Below, piece after piece: positions 47,145 through 61,955 of a DNA stretch of 64,000 nt; the first letter of the stretch is position 1, and every line of letters begins with the position of its first letter. This stretch comes from an uncultured delta proteobacterium (GTDB lineage: Bacteria > Myxococcota_A > Polyangia > Haliangiales > Haliangiaceae), in assembly GCA_963848295.1 (NCBI GenBank), contig CAWKDB010000010.1, positions 1,696,001 to 1,760,000 on the forward strand, written 5' to 3'. A program made the translations under genes and the position numbers. The notes below the pieces were generated by a model. It did no database searches. It was not told the DNA's origin and saw nothing but the letters and a program-made list of their open reading frames with translations.

Positions 47145-49544
47145 TCAAAACAGCACGACGCGGAGCGGCGCCGCGAGCACGGCTCCCGCCACCGGCTTGC
47201 CGGCGACGACGGCGCCAAAGACCAGCGCTCCCGTGACGTCGTCCGGCATCCGGACGCGGCGCAGCGGGTCGCCGGTGCGCGGATCGATGACCAGCGCCTC
47301 GTTCTGGTCGCTGCCATAGCTGACGACGACAGGGCTAGCTGCCCCGCCGCGCGGTCCGGCGACGATCGGCTCGGCCAGGGCGTAGTCGTTGCGGGCGCGG
47401 ACGCCTCCGTCGAGGTCGAACAGCGTCGCTTGCCAACTCGCGCTCATCGGCGGCGGCGGTGGCCACGGCGTCGCGATCGGCGGTGGCTCGAAGTTCGTCG
47501 GCGGTCGCGCTGGCGGTGGCGGTCCGATCGGCGGCGGCGGCAACTTCGGGATCGGGAGCGGGTTCGGCGGCACCGGCCCGCCGGGAGCCATGCCGGTGAT
47601 GATGTCGCCCGCCGCACCCCACGCGAGCCCGATCGCGGGCAGCGCCGAGACCGTCCCGCGCAGATCGACGCGGTAGGCATCGCCATCTTCGAGCTCGACG
47701 AGCACGCCGTCGCCCGCCGCGGTCAATGCGCGCACCGCTCCCGCGACCTCGATCGACCATACGGGGAGCATCCGGACGTGCGGCAGGCGAGCGACCAACC
47801 GACCGCGCTCGGCAGTGATCAACAGCGCGCCGCCGCCGACCGCGAGCGGCACCGCACGCATCGCCGCGCCATCGTCGCTCGCGACCGAACCGAGCATGCG
47901 GCCGGTGTCCGCATCGCGAACGGTTGCGCGGTCGCCATCGAACACGACGACGATATCGCCCGCGGCGGCAAGCGCGTCGACGTTCTCGTGCCGCCGCAAC
48001 CACAACGGCGTACCATCGCGCGTGATCGCGCGAACCATCGAGTCGAGCTGGTTTGCGCGCGCGCCGCAGATCACCGCGCGGCTGCTGAACGCGATGCCGA
48101 CCGGCGTGCCGAACCCGCACGGCTCGTCGCGGCGACGCCAGGTCGAGCTCGAGAGATCGAATCGCGACAGGTCGACGCGCGGCTCTGTCACGCTACCGCG
48201 AGCCACCGCTTGGATGTAGAGCGCCTGTGGATCGGCGGGATCGATCGCGATCGCGGCGAGGTTTCCCGGGTCGGCGTTGTCGTTCGCGTACGTCGCAGCC
48301 GCCGCGACGTCGCTCACCGGTGGCAGGTCGCGCAACTCGGCCGGCACCGCGAGCGGCCCCGAGACGAGCGAGCGCAACGTGTGACGCCACGGCGCGGGCA
48401 GCGCGACGCGATGCACCGTCGAGCTCGGCGAGCCAGTCCACGACGCGTACACGATCGCCTTGTCGCCGAGCACGCCGCCGGGCGCGGCGAGCGGAACGTA
48501 GGCGCGAACGCCGTCGCGATCGAGCACCGCCGCGGTCGTCGAAGTCACGCGCACGAGCCTCCGGTCGCCGCGCTTGTCGAGGAGCTCACCGAGCGGCGGA
48601 AGATCGAGCACCCGGACCTCGCCGCGCAGATCGCGCGATCGGCTCGACACGCCGCTCGCGGTCGATACCTCGACGCGATCGTCGCCGTCGCGCGCCGGCC
48701 ACATCCCGCGCACGCCATCGATCCGGCCGGTGATCGCCCCGGTCGCTCGGTCCAGCGCGATCACCGCCCGGCCGGTCGCTGGACCCGCGGTCACGAGGAT
48801 CGAGTCGCCGGCGCACGCGTCGATCTGGATGACGCCACCGACGGGGGTGTGCCACATCAGCTTCGGTCCGCCCTTGGCTTCGGCGATCCGACCGATCGCG
48901 CCCGACGAATCCACCGCGAACAGCTCACGACCGGCGTCGCCGCAGCTCGCGACGACCGCAGCCGCGCTGATCCCGGCCGGCAGCTTCACGCGGGTGAGCT
49001 CGTCGCCGGTGTCGGCATCGAGCACGATCGCCTCGCCCGCGCCGGCGGTCACGACGCGATCGTCGGTGAACGCGGCAAACGGTGACTCGCGCTTCCACCG
49101 CACCTTGCCATCCAGGCCGATCGCACGGATGCCCGCCGCATCGGCGCACACGATCGCCTCCTCGGTCACGCCGACGATCGGCGCGGCGCAGCCGTCGTGA
49201 TCGCGCCAAGCGACGCGCCCGCTGTCGACATCGATGAGCTCGACCGCGGTGTGATCGCCTTCACTGCCGTAGACGACCGCGCGCGCCGGACCGTCACCGG
49301 GCACCGCCCACGGCGTCGGCAACCGCAACGGTGCGAGCGGCTCGCCGCCGGCCGCCTGATCGATGCCGAGCCGCTCGACCGGTTGCGGTGTCTGGCCACG
49401 ACCGAATCGCCGGATCACCGGGCCGAGCGGCCACACCGTCGGTGGCGGCGGATATACCCAGCGCACCGGCGATGCCGGCGGTGCCGCGGGCGCATCGCAG
49501 GCAGTTGGCGCGATGAGCGTCAACAGCACGGCAGCGCGATTCAC
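47145..49544 (-). CDS. PQQ-like beta-propeller repeat lipoprotein
   Basis: Lipobox-like PTAC. Repeated DxxSGRVAW, DGKVRW, LDADTG, DRATG and DPRTG blades, plus a Pro-rich segment. Confidence 0.7.
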   Translation of the reverse strand: MNRAAVLLTLIAPTACDAPAAPPASPVRWVYPPPPTVWPLGPVIRRFGRGQTPQPVERLGIDQAAGGEPLAPLRLPTPWAVPGDGPARAVVYGSEGDHTAVELIDVDSGRVAWRDHDGCAAPIVGVTEEAIVCADAAGIRAIGLDGKVRWKRESPFAAFTDDRVVTAGAGEAIVLDADTGDELTRVKLPAGISAAAVVASCGDAGRELFAVDSSGAIGRIAEAKGGPKLMWHTPVGGVIQIDACAGDSILVTAGPATGRAVIALDRATGAITGRIDGVRGMWPARDGDDRVEVSTASGVSSRSRDLRGEVRVLDLPPLGELLDKRGDRRLVRVTSTTAAVLDRDGVRAYVPLAAPGGVLGDKAIVYASWTGSPSSTVHRVALPAPWRHTLRSLVSGPLAVPAELRDLPPVSDVAAAATYANDNADPGNLAAIAIDPADPQALYIQAVARGSVTEPRVDLSRFDLSSSTWRRRDEPCGFGTPVGIAFSSRAVICGARANQLDSMVRAITRDGTPLWLRRHENVDALAAAGDIVVVFDGDRATVRDADTGRMLGSVASDDGAAMRAVPLAVGGGALLITAERGRLVARLPHVRMLPVWSIEVAGAVRALTAAGDGVLVELEDGDAYRVDLRGTVSALPAIGLAWGAAGDIITGMAPGGPVPPNPLPIPKLPPPPIGPPPPARPPTNFEPPPIATPWPPPPPMSASWQATLFDLDGGVRARNDYALAEPIVAGPRGGAASPVVVSYGSDQNEALVIDPRTGDPLRRVRMPDDVTGALVFGAVVAGKPVAGAVLAAPLRVVLF

Positions 49545-49577
49545 CGCCGGAACGTATCAGGTCTCGCTGTCGGCGAG

Positions 49578-50811
<1,234 letters not shown>

Positions 50812-50853
50812 GGAACTGCCTCCAGGTTGATGGCGGCAGGATGGTCCAAACCG

Positions 50854-51465
50854 TCAGGGCATGCAACCGGCCGTTGTGGCGGCTTGCTTCAACCCTGCGA
50901 GCGAATCACCGCACGCGCGCGCCATCCGCGAATAGACATCGCCGGTTAGCCGCTTCCTCGGTAGGTCCCACAGCTCGACGGTCTGGTTACCGAGCGAGAC
51001 GCGCTGATCGATCGGCAGGAGATCGCACGTCAACACGACGCTCACTTCGGCGACGAACTGGTCGCACTCGACGACGCCGACCTCGACCTTCGCGAGTCGA
51101 GCGCGCGTCACCTCGACCGTCGCTTCGTCGCCGGTGCCGGAGAGCTCGCGATACAGGGTGTCACGGCCGCGATCGCCGAGTTGCTTCGCGCACCTCACGA
51201 GGTCGTCCGCGCCCATCTCCGAGAAGCAAGCGATCGCTGCGGCTGGCCAGTTATCGCTCGTGCACAACGTGCGGACCGGCTCGATCAGTGACACGTCGGG
51301 CGAGTGCATCGCGATCGTCGCCGCGGCAAAGCCGATCGCTGCGTCATCACACGTCTTCGTAGCGATCGGCGTAGCTGGACCGACAACCGGCGGTGCTGGA
51401 CCGACAACCGGCGGCGTCGTGGTCGCGGCGCATCCGGCGACGACAAGCTGCAGCAGCGGTCTCAT
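50854..51465 (-). CDS. Cys-rich lipoprotein (modules A+B)
   Basis: Lipobox [18 protein letters not shown] module, GVVECD...TCD...AC...GC module. Confidence 0.7.
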   Translation of the reverse strand: MRPLLQLVVAGCAATTTPPVVGPAPPVVGPATPIATKTCDDAAIGFAAATIAMHSPDVSLIEPVRTLCTSDNWPAAAIACFSEMGADDLVRCAKQLGDRGRDTLYRELSGTGDEATVEVTRARLAKVEVGVVECDQFVAEVSVVLTCDLLPIDQRVSLGNQTVELWDLPRKRLTGDVYSRMARACGDSLAGLKQAATTAGCMP

Positions 51466-51490
51466 CCCTCCAAGGTAACCCCGGGTCGGC

Positions 51491-52594
51491 TCATTGACAC
51501 GTGCAGTTCGCATCCGTTCCAGCGACACACGCCGTCTCGCTCGGTTGCGTCGTCGCGTTAGCGTAGTGCCACTTGAACAGCTCGACGATGCGCGGCATCA
51601 CACCCATCGCGGTCAGATCCGTGGTCACCGGTCCGAACGCGATCCGGTTGTAGCCGCCGGCCGTGTCGCGCGTGACCTTGGCCGCGCGCGACAACGTGCG
51701 CTGATAATCGGCGAGCGAGATCGCATCGGCGTCACCGCCCGACCAGCCGCTGTCGCCGGCGCTGTAGCGCGCCGAGTGCAACACCGCGTACTTCGTGTTC
51801 GCGATGGAGAGCTTTGCAGGCTCGCCACTCGCAACGAGCCAATCGCGCATGCCGAAGTAGTGAGCCGCGAGCGCCGTTTCGGACATGCCGCACACGAAGC
51901 CGTTCGAGTGATAGTGCTCGACCACCATCGCGACCGCGGTCTCGTCGATCGCCGCGAAGAAGTCGGATGCGGGCACGCTCCAGCTCGCCGCCAAGCCCGG
52001 GCGCTCCGTGAAGTACACGACGCCGAACAGCCGGCGACCGCGCGCATCGGGCTCGTGCAGATGGCGCAGGATCGCCGAGATCTGCGATCGCACGTGCGCA
52101 TCCGACGCGGTGGTGCTCGGCACCTCGTTGAACGTGAACAGGTCGGCGTGCGCCGCGATCGCGGCGTCGCGGAACGTGTGCGCCCACGTCGCGAGCGTCG
52201 CATCCGACGCGGTCTCCCAGCCGGCGTGACTGGCGTCCCACACGTCGAACGCCGGCGCGTAATAGAAGTCGCCGCGCGCGTGGACGCGATCGGCGAGCGC
52301 GCGCGTCGCGAACGCGGTGCCGTGGCTCTGCGTGATCAGCCAAGCGTGGGTGCCGTCTTGCGGGAGCCCGGCTTGATACGCGGTCAGCACGTCGGCGGAG
52401 ACTTGATAGAAGATGCCGAACCGCGTCGCGGTCAGCGGCTTGGGCACGTAGCCGTCGTCGACCGCGGGCGTGACGCCGCCGCCGAAGTCGTCGGGCGGCA
52501 ACGTCTGGCCCGGATCGCTCGCACCGGTGTCTAGATCGCCGGCGCACGCAGCCAACACGAGCCCGAGCCCGAGCCCGAAATTCTTCAAGCGCAT
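51491..52594 (-). CDS. Lipoprotein, unknown function
   Basis: Lipobox LAAC, alternating alpha/beta pattern, Cys-rich C-terminus. Confidence 0.7.
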   Translation of the reverse strand: MRLKNFGLGLGLVLAACAGDLDTGASDPGQTLPPDDFGGGVTPAVDDGYVPKPLTATRFGIFYQVSADVLTAYQAGLPQDGTHAWLITQSHGTAFATRALADRVHARGDFYYAPAFDVWDASHAGWETASDATLATWAHTFRDAAIAAHADLFTFNEVPSTTASDAHVRSQISAILRHLHEPDARGRRLFGVVYFTERPGLAASWSVPASDFFAAIDETAVAMVVEHYHSNGFVCGMSETALAAHYFGMRDWLVASGEPAKLSIANTKYAVLHSARYSAGDSGWSGGDADAISLADYQRTLSRAAKVTRDTAGGYNRIAFGPVTTDLTAMGVMPRIVELFKWHYANATTQPSETACVAGTDANCTCQ

Positions 52595-52606
52595 GCTCGG
52601 CCCTAC

Positions 52607-52623
52607 AGCAAGCGCTGGACCAA
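52607..52623 (-). promoter_or_regulatory. Putative sigma54 promoter
   Basis: Minus strand TTGGTCCAGCGCTTGCT has GG-N10-GC spacing and ends 12 nt before ATG 52594. Confidence 0.6.
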
Positions 52624-52698
52624 GCGCCAAGCTCGCGTCTCTGCATCGCCAGAACGTCGTGGCCGGGGGCCTCGGCCCTCCACTGCAACCTCGCGTGG

Positions 52699-53808
52699 TC
52701 AGGCGATCGCTTCGTCGCGCGGCACGATCAACCGCAGCGCGCGTGGCACGACCTCGATGACGTAGTGGTCGCCGGCGGGCAGCTCTTCGCCGTCGCACTG
52801 CGCCGCCGGCAACGATCCGGTCTCGCTGCGCACGGTCAGCTCGAACTTCGTACCGCCGATCGCCGGAGCGAGCGCGAGCCCTAGCCTCTCGAGATCGTCG
52901 ACGCCAACCGGGCTGCGCCCGAGGTGACCGACGAGCTTCGTGATCAGATCGCGCCGGCCCACGATCGGAACGAGCTCGAACCGCCCGTCATCGGATTCGG
53001 CCTGCGCATCGAAGATCCACTCGCCGCCGAACACGCGCGTGTTCTTGACGATCACGTCGAGCAGCTGATCGAAATGGTGGACCTGGTTGTCGATCACGGC
53101 ATCGAGATCGAACTTGATGTCGACGACGTAGCTCTCGACGAACCGCTGCACGACCGCGCCGAAGTACACGAGCTGATCGCGATACAGCATGCCCAGGCCG
53201 GGGATGCGACCGACCCGATCGCGATCGCGATTGCGCGTCGCGAGGCTCGCCGCGCCGAGGCCGATCGAGAACGAATCGAAGAACAGGTCGCGGTGCACGC
53301 TCTTGAGGCCGCGATCGATCGCGAGCCGACCGACGTCGCAACTGACGGTCTCGCCCGCCGCGACGACCGCGACGTTGCGAGCGAGCGCGCCGGCACCGGG
53401 CTCGAGCCCGAACGACTTGCCCTGATCGTTCGCGGTGCCGGTCGGCAGCATCCCGATCGCGACCTCTGCCGCGTGGTGCGATCCGAGCACGCCCTTCGCG
53501 ACCTCGGCGAACGTGCCGTCGCCACCCATGTAGATCACGACGCGCGCACCGTCGTCATCGATCACCTCGCGGACGCGGTCGATCGTCGCACCGTCGGGCT
53601 CGGTCGGTACGAACCGATGCGCGACCGCGGCCTCGTCGAGCAGCGCGCGCGCGTGGCGAATCCAGTCCGCGGCGCTCCCGCTGTGCGCGGTCGGATTGGC
53701 GACCAGCACCGCCGGGCGGTCGCGAGTCCAGCGCGCGATGGCCGGGGCCTGCGCCTGGTGAGCAGCCCCGCCGAATGGCGGTGCGGTTGGATCGTCCCCA
53801 GGCAGCAT
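52699..53808 (-). CDS. Diacylglycerol/lipid kinase family protein
   Basis: ANPTA, GGDGTFAEV, LPTGTAND, DDGRFE, QCDGE. Confidence 0.9.
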   Translation of the reverse strand: MLPGDDPTAPPFGGAAHQAQAPAIARWTRDRPAVLVANPTAHSGSAADWIRHARALLDEAAVAHRFVPTEPDGATIDRVREVIDDDGARVVIYMGGDGTFAEVAKGVLGSHHAAEVAIGMLPTGTANDQGKSFGLEPGAGALARNVAVVAAGETVSCDVGRLAIDRGLKSVHRDLFFDSFSIGLGAASLATRNRDRDRVGRIPGLGMLYRDQLVYFGAVVQRFVESYVVDIKFDLDAVIDNQVHHFDQLLDVIVKNTRVFGGEWIFDAQAESDDGRFELVPIVGRRDLITKLVGHLGRSPVGVDDLERLGLALAPAIGGTKFELTVRSETGSLPAAQCDGEELPAGDHYVIEVVPRALRLIVPRDEAIA

Positions 53809-53936
53809 GCCTCGGCAATGTAACGTGAGCACGCGTCGAAGCCAGTGGCTGCGAGGTATGAAGCGCGGACTCGCCCGTTTTGGCCGCTAAACCGTCATAA
53901 GGTACGCTCGACATGGTTGTCCACGTGTCTCCCACA

Positions 53937-55060
<1,124 letters not shown>

Positions 55061-55064
<4 letters not shown>

Positions 55065-55804
55065 GAGCCTTTGCGTGCCTTCGCGGCGGCGAGCTTGGCC
55101 TTCAGATCGTCTTGCTGCTTCTTCAAGTCGTCGAGCTTGGCGTTCGCCGCATCGCGAGCGCTGTCGTCTTGCGCCTTCGCGACCGCGTTCTTCGCGGCGC
55201 TGACCGCGGCATCGAGCGTGACGAGCTGCGCGGTCAACGAGCCGACCTCGTCGACGTCCGGCATCTTCATGCCGTTCTCCGGCGTCATGTTCGGGTGGAT
55301 GATGCCGCTGCCCGCGACGTTACCGCTGCCGCTACCACTGCCGCTGCCGGCGAGGTCGCTACCACTGCCGTCGCTGCCCGCTCGATCGACGCGGCCATGG
55401 CGACCACCGCGCCCCATACCCCGGCCGCCCATCGTCGCCTTGACGTCGGCGGCCACCTTGTCTTGCGCGTCTTGCGGCAGCTTCGCCTGACAGCCGCGCA
55501 TGTCTTCGCGACTCGCCGCGGCCGCGAAGCACTTGATGACCTCGTCGGACCACGCGTCTTCGCTGCACCGCGTGACGAGCGCCGCCTTCAGCTTGCCGGC
55601 CATCTCGTCCATGCCGGCGAGCATGTTCTTGAGCTGATCGGGGTCGGCGCCGGTCGCACGCGCTTCGACTCGCTTGCGGTTGTTCGCGAACATCTGATCG
55701 ACGCCCTTGCCGATCGCATCGCCACACGCGGCCGAGCCATGGCTCTTGCTGCCGCACGCCGCGAGTCCAAACGAGAGCGAGAGCGCCAGGAACTGCTTCA
55801 TCAT
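55061..55804 (-). CDS. Cys-rich lipoprotein (module A, Gly/Ser linker, coiled coil)
   Basis: Lipobox LAAC, RCSEDAWSDEVIKC, GSGSGS linker, helical C-terminus. Confidence 0.75.
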
Positions 55805-55853
55805 GGCGAAAGCCTCGCATACGCCGCGAGGTCTCACCAGCGCGCGCGCTCGG

Positions 55854-56225
55854 TCAGGGACAGACCGACTTCGCTGCCTCGGTCACCGCCTGGAGGCCCT
55901 GCAGGCATCCGGTCGCGAGCTCCGCCTTCGTCTCGGGCGGGAGTCCGACCCACGCTTCTGCCGCCTGATCGAAGGCCTGGGTCATCGCGTCGCGCGCCGC
56001 CTGGGGCATTCGATCGCAGGTCGCGAGCTTGTGGACCGCCGCTCCATATTGTCGGCACTCGATCGGCAGTGTAGCGAGGAGGTCGACGGGCGGCGGTGGC
56101 CCAGCATCAGGCGGTGGAACCGCGGGCGCCTTGGCCACGACCGGCGGCGGCATGTTCGGGTTGGTCTTGTCGGTCCAGCACGCGGCGACCGCGGCGAGAA
56201 CGATCGCGATGGAGAGGATCTTCAT
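55854..56225 (-). CDS. Cys-rich lipoprotein (module B)
   Basis: AGGAG RBS, lipobox VAAC, LPIECRQY...TCDRMPQAARDAM...LATGC...C. Confidence 0.8.
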   Translation of the reverse strand: MKILSIAIVLAAVAACWTDKTNPNMPPPVVAKAPAVPPPDAGPPPPVDLLATLPIECRQYGAAVHKLATCDRMPQAARDAMTQAFDQAAEAWVGLPPETKAELATGCLQGLQAVTEAAKSVCP

Positions 56226-56244
56226 GACGCTCCTTTGAGGCCCG

Positions 56245-56276
56245 AAACGACGAGAGGCCGCCAAGACGACGGCCTC
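56245..56276 (-). terminator. Possible intrinsic terminator between lipoprotein genes
   Basis: Minus strand GAGGCCG-N9-CGGCCTC followed by TCGTCGTTT. Confidence 0.4.
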
Positions 56277-56312
56277 ACGTGTTGCTACGTACGAGTTGCG
56301 TAGCGCTAGCGC

Positions 56313-57059
56313 TTACCAACCGCAGACCGCCTTCGCGCTCTGATTGACGGCATCGACGCCGGCCTTGCAGCCCGTGGCGAGCGACGCCTTCGCGTCGGCC
56401 GGCAGACCCGCCCACGCCTTCGACGCGGTCTCGAAGCCCTGCTTCATCGCGTCGCGAGCCTGTTGCGGCATCTTATCGCAGGTCGAGAGCTTCTCGATCG
56501 CGGCCTTGTAGTCCTGGCACTCCTTCGGGAGGTCGCCACCGCCGGCCGCAGCCGCGCTGCCATCGCCAGCCGGAGCCGCGCTACCGGTATCGCTGCCCTT
56601 CATGTCGCCGCCCTTCATGTCGCCGCCCTTCATGTCGCCGCCCTTCATGTCGCCGCCCTTCATGTCGCCGTGGTCACCGCCCATGCCCATCGCCGCCGCC
56701 ATCTCCTTGTCGAGATGCGCCTTCTGCTCGGCCGACAGGTTCTTGTTGCACGCCTGGCCCTCTTCCATCGTCTTGGAAGCATCGACGCACTTCAGCATCT
56801 CCGGGGTCCACTTGTCGTCGGTGCAGACCTTCGTGAGGGTCGCCTTCATCTTCGGCACCATCGTCTTCATCATCTCGTCGGCCATCTTCTTTTGATCGGC
56901 CGGCATGTCCTTCGGCATCTGCTTCGCCTGCTCCTCCATCATCCGGTCGACGGCCGAGCTCATCGTTCCGTCGCAGTCGCCGCCGCCTCCCTTCTTCTTG
57001 CAGCCGGCGAACGCGGCGAGAGAGAGGACGGTCACGAACGCGATCGAGAGGTTCTTCAT
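56313..57059 (-). CDS. Met/Lys-rich Cys-rich lipoprotein (modules A+B)
   Basis: Lipobox FAGC, VCTDDKWTPEMLKC, (GDMKG)5 linker, LPKECQDY...TCDKMPQQARDAM...LATGC. Confidence 0.85.
   Translation of the reverse strand: MKNLSIAFVTVLSLAAFAGCKKKGGGGDCDGTMSSAVDRMMEEQAKQMPKDMPADQKKMADEMMKTMVPKMKATLTKVCTDDKWTPEMLKCVDASKTMEEGQACNKNLSAEQKAHLDKEMAAAMGMGGDHGDMKGGDMKGGDMKGGDMKGGDMKGSDTGSAAPAGDGSAAAAGGGDLPKECQDYKAAIEKLSTCDKMPQQARDAMKQGFETASKAWAGLPADAKASLATGCKAGVDAVNQSAKAVCGW
56595..56669. repeat. Perfect 15-bp coding tandem repeat, five copies
   Basis: (GCCCTTCATGTCGCC)5 on the plus strand, encoding (GDMKG)5. Confidence 0.95.
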
Positions 57060-57161
57060 CACTTGGCTCCGGGGAATAGAAATGTGGCCGTGACGTTTCC
57101 GTATTCGCGATCCGGGGTCAATCTGGCGTCGGCGGACGTTCATCCGCGATGACGGCAGAGA

Positions 57162-59075
<1,914 letters not shown>

Positions 59076-59104
59076 GCGCCGCGATCGAATGTACCATCGT
59101 TCGC

Positions 59105-59701
59105 GTGAACGAACTCGCGCCCGCGCTCGGCGATGCGTTGCCGCTCGCCGCCAGCGATCCGAGCTGGCTGACGATCGCGCTCGCCGACCTCGATGCGATC
59201 CACGCCGACCATCTCCACTGCGAGCGCAAGGCCGCCCAGTCGGCGCTGTCGCTGATCCGCAGCTATCCCGAGCGCGCCGACCTGGTCGCGGCGATGGCGC
59301 GACTCGCGCACGACGAGACGCGCCATGTCGTCCAGGTCGCGCAGCTGATGGCGCGGCGCGAGCAACCCGCCGCGTACGACTTCGGCGACGACTACGCCGC
59401 CGCGATGCGCGATCACATTCGCAAGCGCGAGCCCGAGCGCTTGCTCGATCGCCTGATCGTGTTCGCGGTGATCGAAGGTCGCTCGGCCGAGCGCCTGGGC
59501 CTGCTCGCCGGCGCGCTCGCGGACGAGAAGACGCGCGCGCTATACGCGAGCCTCGCCGACGCCGAGGTCCGCCATCGCGACACGTTCCTAGCGCTCGCCC
59601 GCGACGCGTTCCCGCAGACCTGGCGCGCCCGCGCCAGCGAGCTCGCCGGGGTGGAGCGCGAGCTCCTCGCCCGGCGCGAAGTCGTCGCGCGGATTCATTG
59701 A
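59105..59701 (+). CDS. miaE: tRNA-(ms2io6A) hydroxylase MiaE-like di-iron protein
   Basis: DHLHCERKAA, DETRH, IEGRSAERL, EVRH. Confidence 0.85.
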   Translation: MNELAPALGDALPLAASDPSWLTIALADLDAIHADHLHCERKAAQSALSLIRSYPERADLVAAMARLAHDETRHVVQVAQLMARREQPAAYDFGDDYAAAMRDHIRKREPERLLDRLIVFAVIEGRSAERLGLLAGALADEKTRALYASLADAEVRHRDTFLALARDAFPQTWRARASELAGVERELLARREVVARIH

Positions 59702-59727
59702 CGCCTATCTCGGTTGAAACGTTCGAG

Positions 59728-60083
59728 CTACGGATCGGCCTTGGCTGCTTGAATCGCTTCCAACAGCGCGCCGGAGGGGAACCACCGGTGTTGGGCGGCG
59801 AGCTGCTCGACGCGCAACAGCAATTCGCGTTTGCGCGCCGGCTCGGGCGCTTTCAAATACGCCTCCCAGTCGCGGACGAGCTCGGGGATGCCGGCGCAGT
59901 CCTTTGTCGGAGCCAGCTCGGCCCCATGCGGAACGCCTCGGCGTCGGGCCGTTCGAGCGTCGCTTCGATCGCGCCACCGACGTACGCGATGGATTGACCG
60001 CATGGCGTGGTCGGTTGCGGTGGCTTGTCGGCTTTCGACGACGAGCACGCGACCAGCAGACTTCCGAGAATGAGGGCGCGCAT
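59728..60083 (-). pseudogene. Lipoprotein gene split by a one-base frameshift (or sequencing error)
   Basis: MRALILGSLLVAC...EAFRM joins GAELAPTKDCAGIPELVRDWEAYL... if one G is added to the G4 run near 59922-59925. Confidence 0.55.
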
Positions 60084-60093
60084 TGCGCGGAGC

Positions 60094-61317
60094 TTAGTCC
60101 GAATCGGGCGTGAGCTCGGCGAGCGGCGGCATGTTCGTGAGCGCGCGCCACTTCAGGGCGACGATCGGCACGACCACGATCGCGACCGCGCCGCCGACGA
60201 TGACCGCCGGCACCGTACCGATCAAGAACGCCGCGAGTCCGGACTCCGCGCCGCCTAGCTCGTTCGACATCCCGATGAAGATGTAGTGGACCGCGCTGAC
60301 TCGGCCGCGAATGACGTCGGGCACGACCATCTGCTCGAGCGTGAGCCGGATGACGACGCTGATGTTGTCGAGCGCGCCGCACAGCACGAGTAGCGCGACC
60401 GAGAGCGGGAACGACGTCGACAGGCCGAATCCGACGGTCGCGGCGCCGAACAGCGCGACGACGATCAACAGCACCTTGCCGGGCCGCTGCCACGGCGCGA
60501 TCCGGCCGCCGATCAGCGCCATCGCGATCGCGCCGACCGATTGCGCCGAGCGCAGGATGCCGTACCCGATCGACCCGACGTGGAGTACGTGCTCCGCGAT
60601 CGCGGGCAGCAGCGCGGTCACGCCCGCGAACAGCACCGCGAACATGTCGAGCGTGAGCGCGGGCAGCAGCAGCGGCGACTTGAAGATGAACCGCAAGCCG
60701 ACCCGCCAATCGCGGCGCGCCGCCGACGCGCCCGGTGCGGCGTCGAAGGTGCGCGGCTTGGGCAGCGATCGATAGAGCACCGCCGACGCGACGCCGGTCG
60801 CGGCGACCACGGCGTAGATCGCCGCCGGATCGAACACGGCGAGCGCGAGACCCGCGAGCGTCGGACCGCCGATCTGCGCGAGCTCCGACAAGCTCGAGCC
60901 GACGCGATTCGCACGGTGCAGGTCCTCGCGATCGATGATCAGCGGGATCAGCGACGAGCTGGCCGGTGCGTGCACGCTCGTGATGCAACCCTGAGCGAAC
61001 AGCAACGGAAAGTAGGCCCACACCGGCAAGCCGAGCGCCGACACCGCCGCGAGCCCGATGCCGACCGCGCCGGTCCCGACCGCCGCGACGAACGCGAGCA
61101 TCCGCCGGTCGTACTTATCGACGAGCCGGCCCGACAAGACGAACAGCGCCACCACCGGGATGACCTGCACCAGCCCGATACCGGCGAGCACCAGCGTCGA
61201 ATCGGTCCGCTGGTACAGCTCGTAGTAGACCGTCGTCGTGATGATCGCGCGGCCGAACGTGTTCAGCGAACGAGCCCCGACGAGCGGCAAGATCCGGCCG
61301 AGCGCGGCGTCCGGCAC
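60094..61317 (-). CDS. MFS transporter (MFS_3/EntS-like)
   Basis: About 12 TM segments, GRLVDKYDRR, LTLDMFAVLFAG..ALLP, PDVIRGRVSAV..IFIG.SNELG..ESG. Confidence 0.9.
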   Translation of the reverse strand: MPDAALGRILPLVGARSLNTFGRAIITTTVYYELYQRTDSTLVLAGIGLVQVIPVVALFVLSGRLVDKYDRRMLAFVAAVGTGAVGIGLAAVSALGLPVWAYFPLLFAQGCITSVHAPASSSLIPLIIDREDLHRANRVGSSLSELAQIGGPTLAGLALAVFDPAAIYAVVAATGVASAVLYRSLPKPRTFDAAPGASAARRDWRVGLRFIFKSPLLLPALTLDMFAVLFAGVTALLPAIAEHVLHVGSIGYGILRSAQSVGAIAMALIGGRIAPWQRPGKVLLIVVALFGAATVGFGLSTSFPLSVALLVLCGALDNISVVIRLTLEQMVVPDVIRGRVSAVHYIFIGMSNELGGAESGLAAFLIGTVPAVIVGGAVAIVVVPIVALKWRALTNMPPLAELTPDSD

Positions 61318-61357
61318 TACGCTTGCGATGCTACCGCAACGCGGATCGTTACGCGGA

Positions 61358-61684
61358 TCATGGCTGGACGAGCTCGAGCCCACCCAAGTTGAAGACCCGC
61401 ACGCAGCTATAGCTGTAGGGCCAGCTGCCGCCGTCGTTCTGGCACACGTAGAGCTGCTCTTGACCGCAGCCGCGCGCGACGTAGTGGGTCGACTTCGCGG
61501 CGTCGGCGTTCCACACCGCGAGCCGGCCGGGATCCGCGGCGATGTCCTCCGGCGGTGGCGGGGTCGGCGCGTGCGCGACGGTCACACGGTCCTCGGGGCA
61601 CGTCGCGTCGCCAGAGAACTGGGCGCGCGCCGCAGCTTGGTACGAGCTACACGCGCCGACCATGCAGAACAAGAATATTCGCAT
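61358..61684 (-). CDS. Small Cys-containing lipoprotein
   Basis: Lipobox VGAC, TCPEDRV, ARGCGQEQLYVC. Confidence 0.65.
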   Translation of the reverse strand: MRIFLFCMVGACSSYQAAARAQFSGDATCPEDRVTVAHAPTPPPPEDIAADPGRLAVWNADAAKSTHYVARGCGQEQLYVCQNDGGSWPYSYSCVRVFNLGGLELVQP

Positions 61685-61955
61685 GGCTCGGTCGTAGGCC
61701 GCGGACGTTGCGCGGCGGTGATCGCATCGTGTCGAAGTTTGACGCGTCAGGACCGCGGCGGCGGCCGCGACCGACGGCGCGCCATCGCTGCCGAGCACGA
61801 CCTGCAACCCGCCGCGAGAGACACCAGCACCGGTAGACGGCCCCTGCTCGGATCGTCCACGGCGCGCCGGCAGTGATGATTGCGATCGAATGAAGCGCGT
61901 TGGTTCGGGGTCAGGGACGCTCGCGTCTGCACAACGCAGTCGCCTGGGGTCGCAG

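Noticed and set aside
51491..52594. Clan-A glycoside hydrolase call based on FTFNEVP
   Set aside because: A single short NE motif is not enough evidence, so it is left as an unknown lipoprotein.
61685..61955. About 270-nt intergenic gap, possible ncRNA or gene remnant
   Set aside because: No recognisable RNA motif, strong hairpin or convincing ORF.
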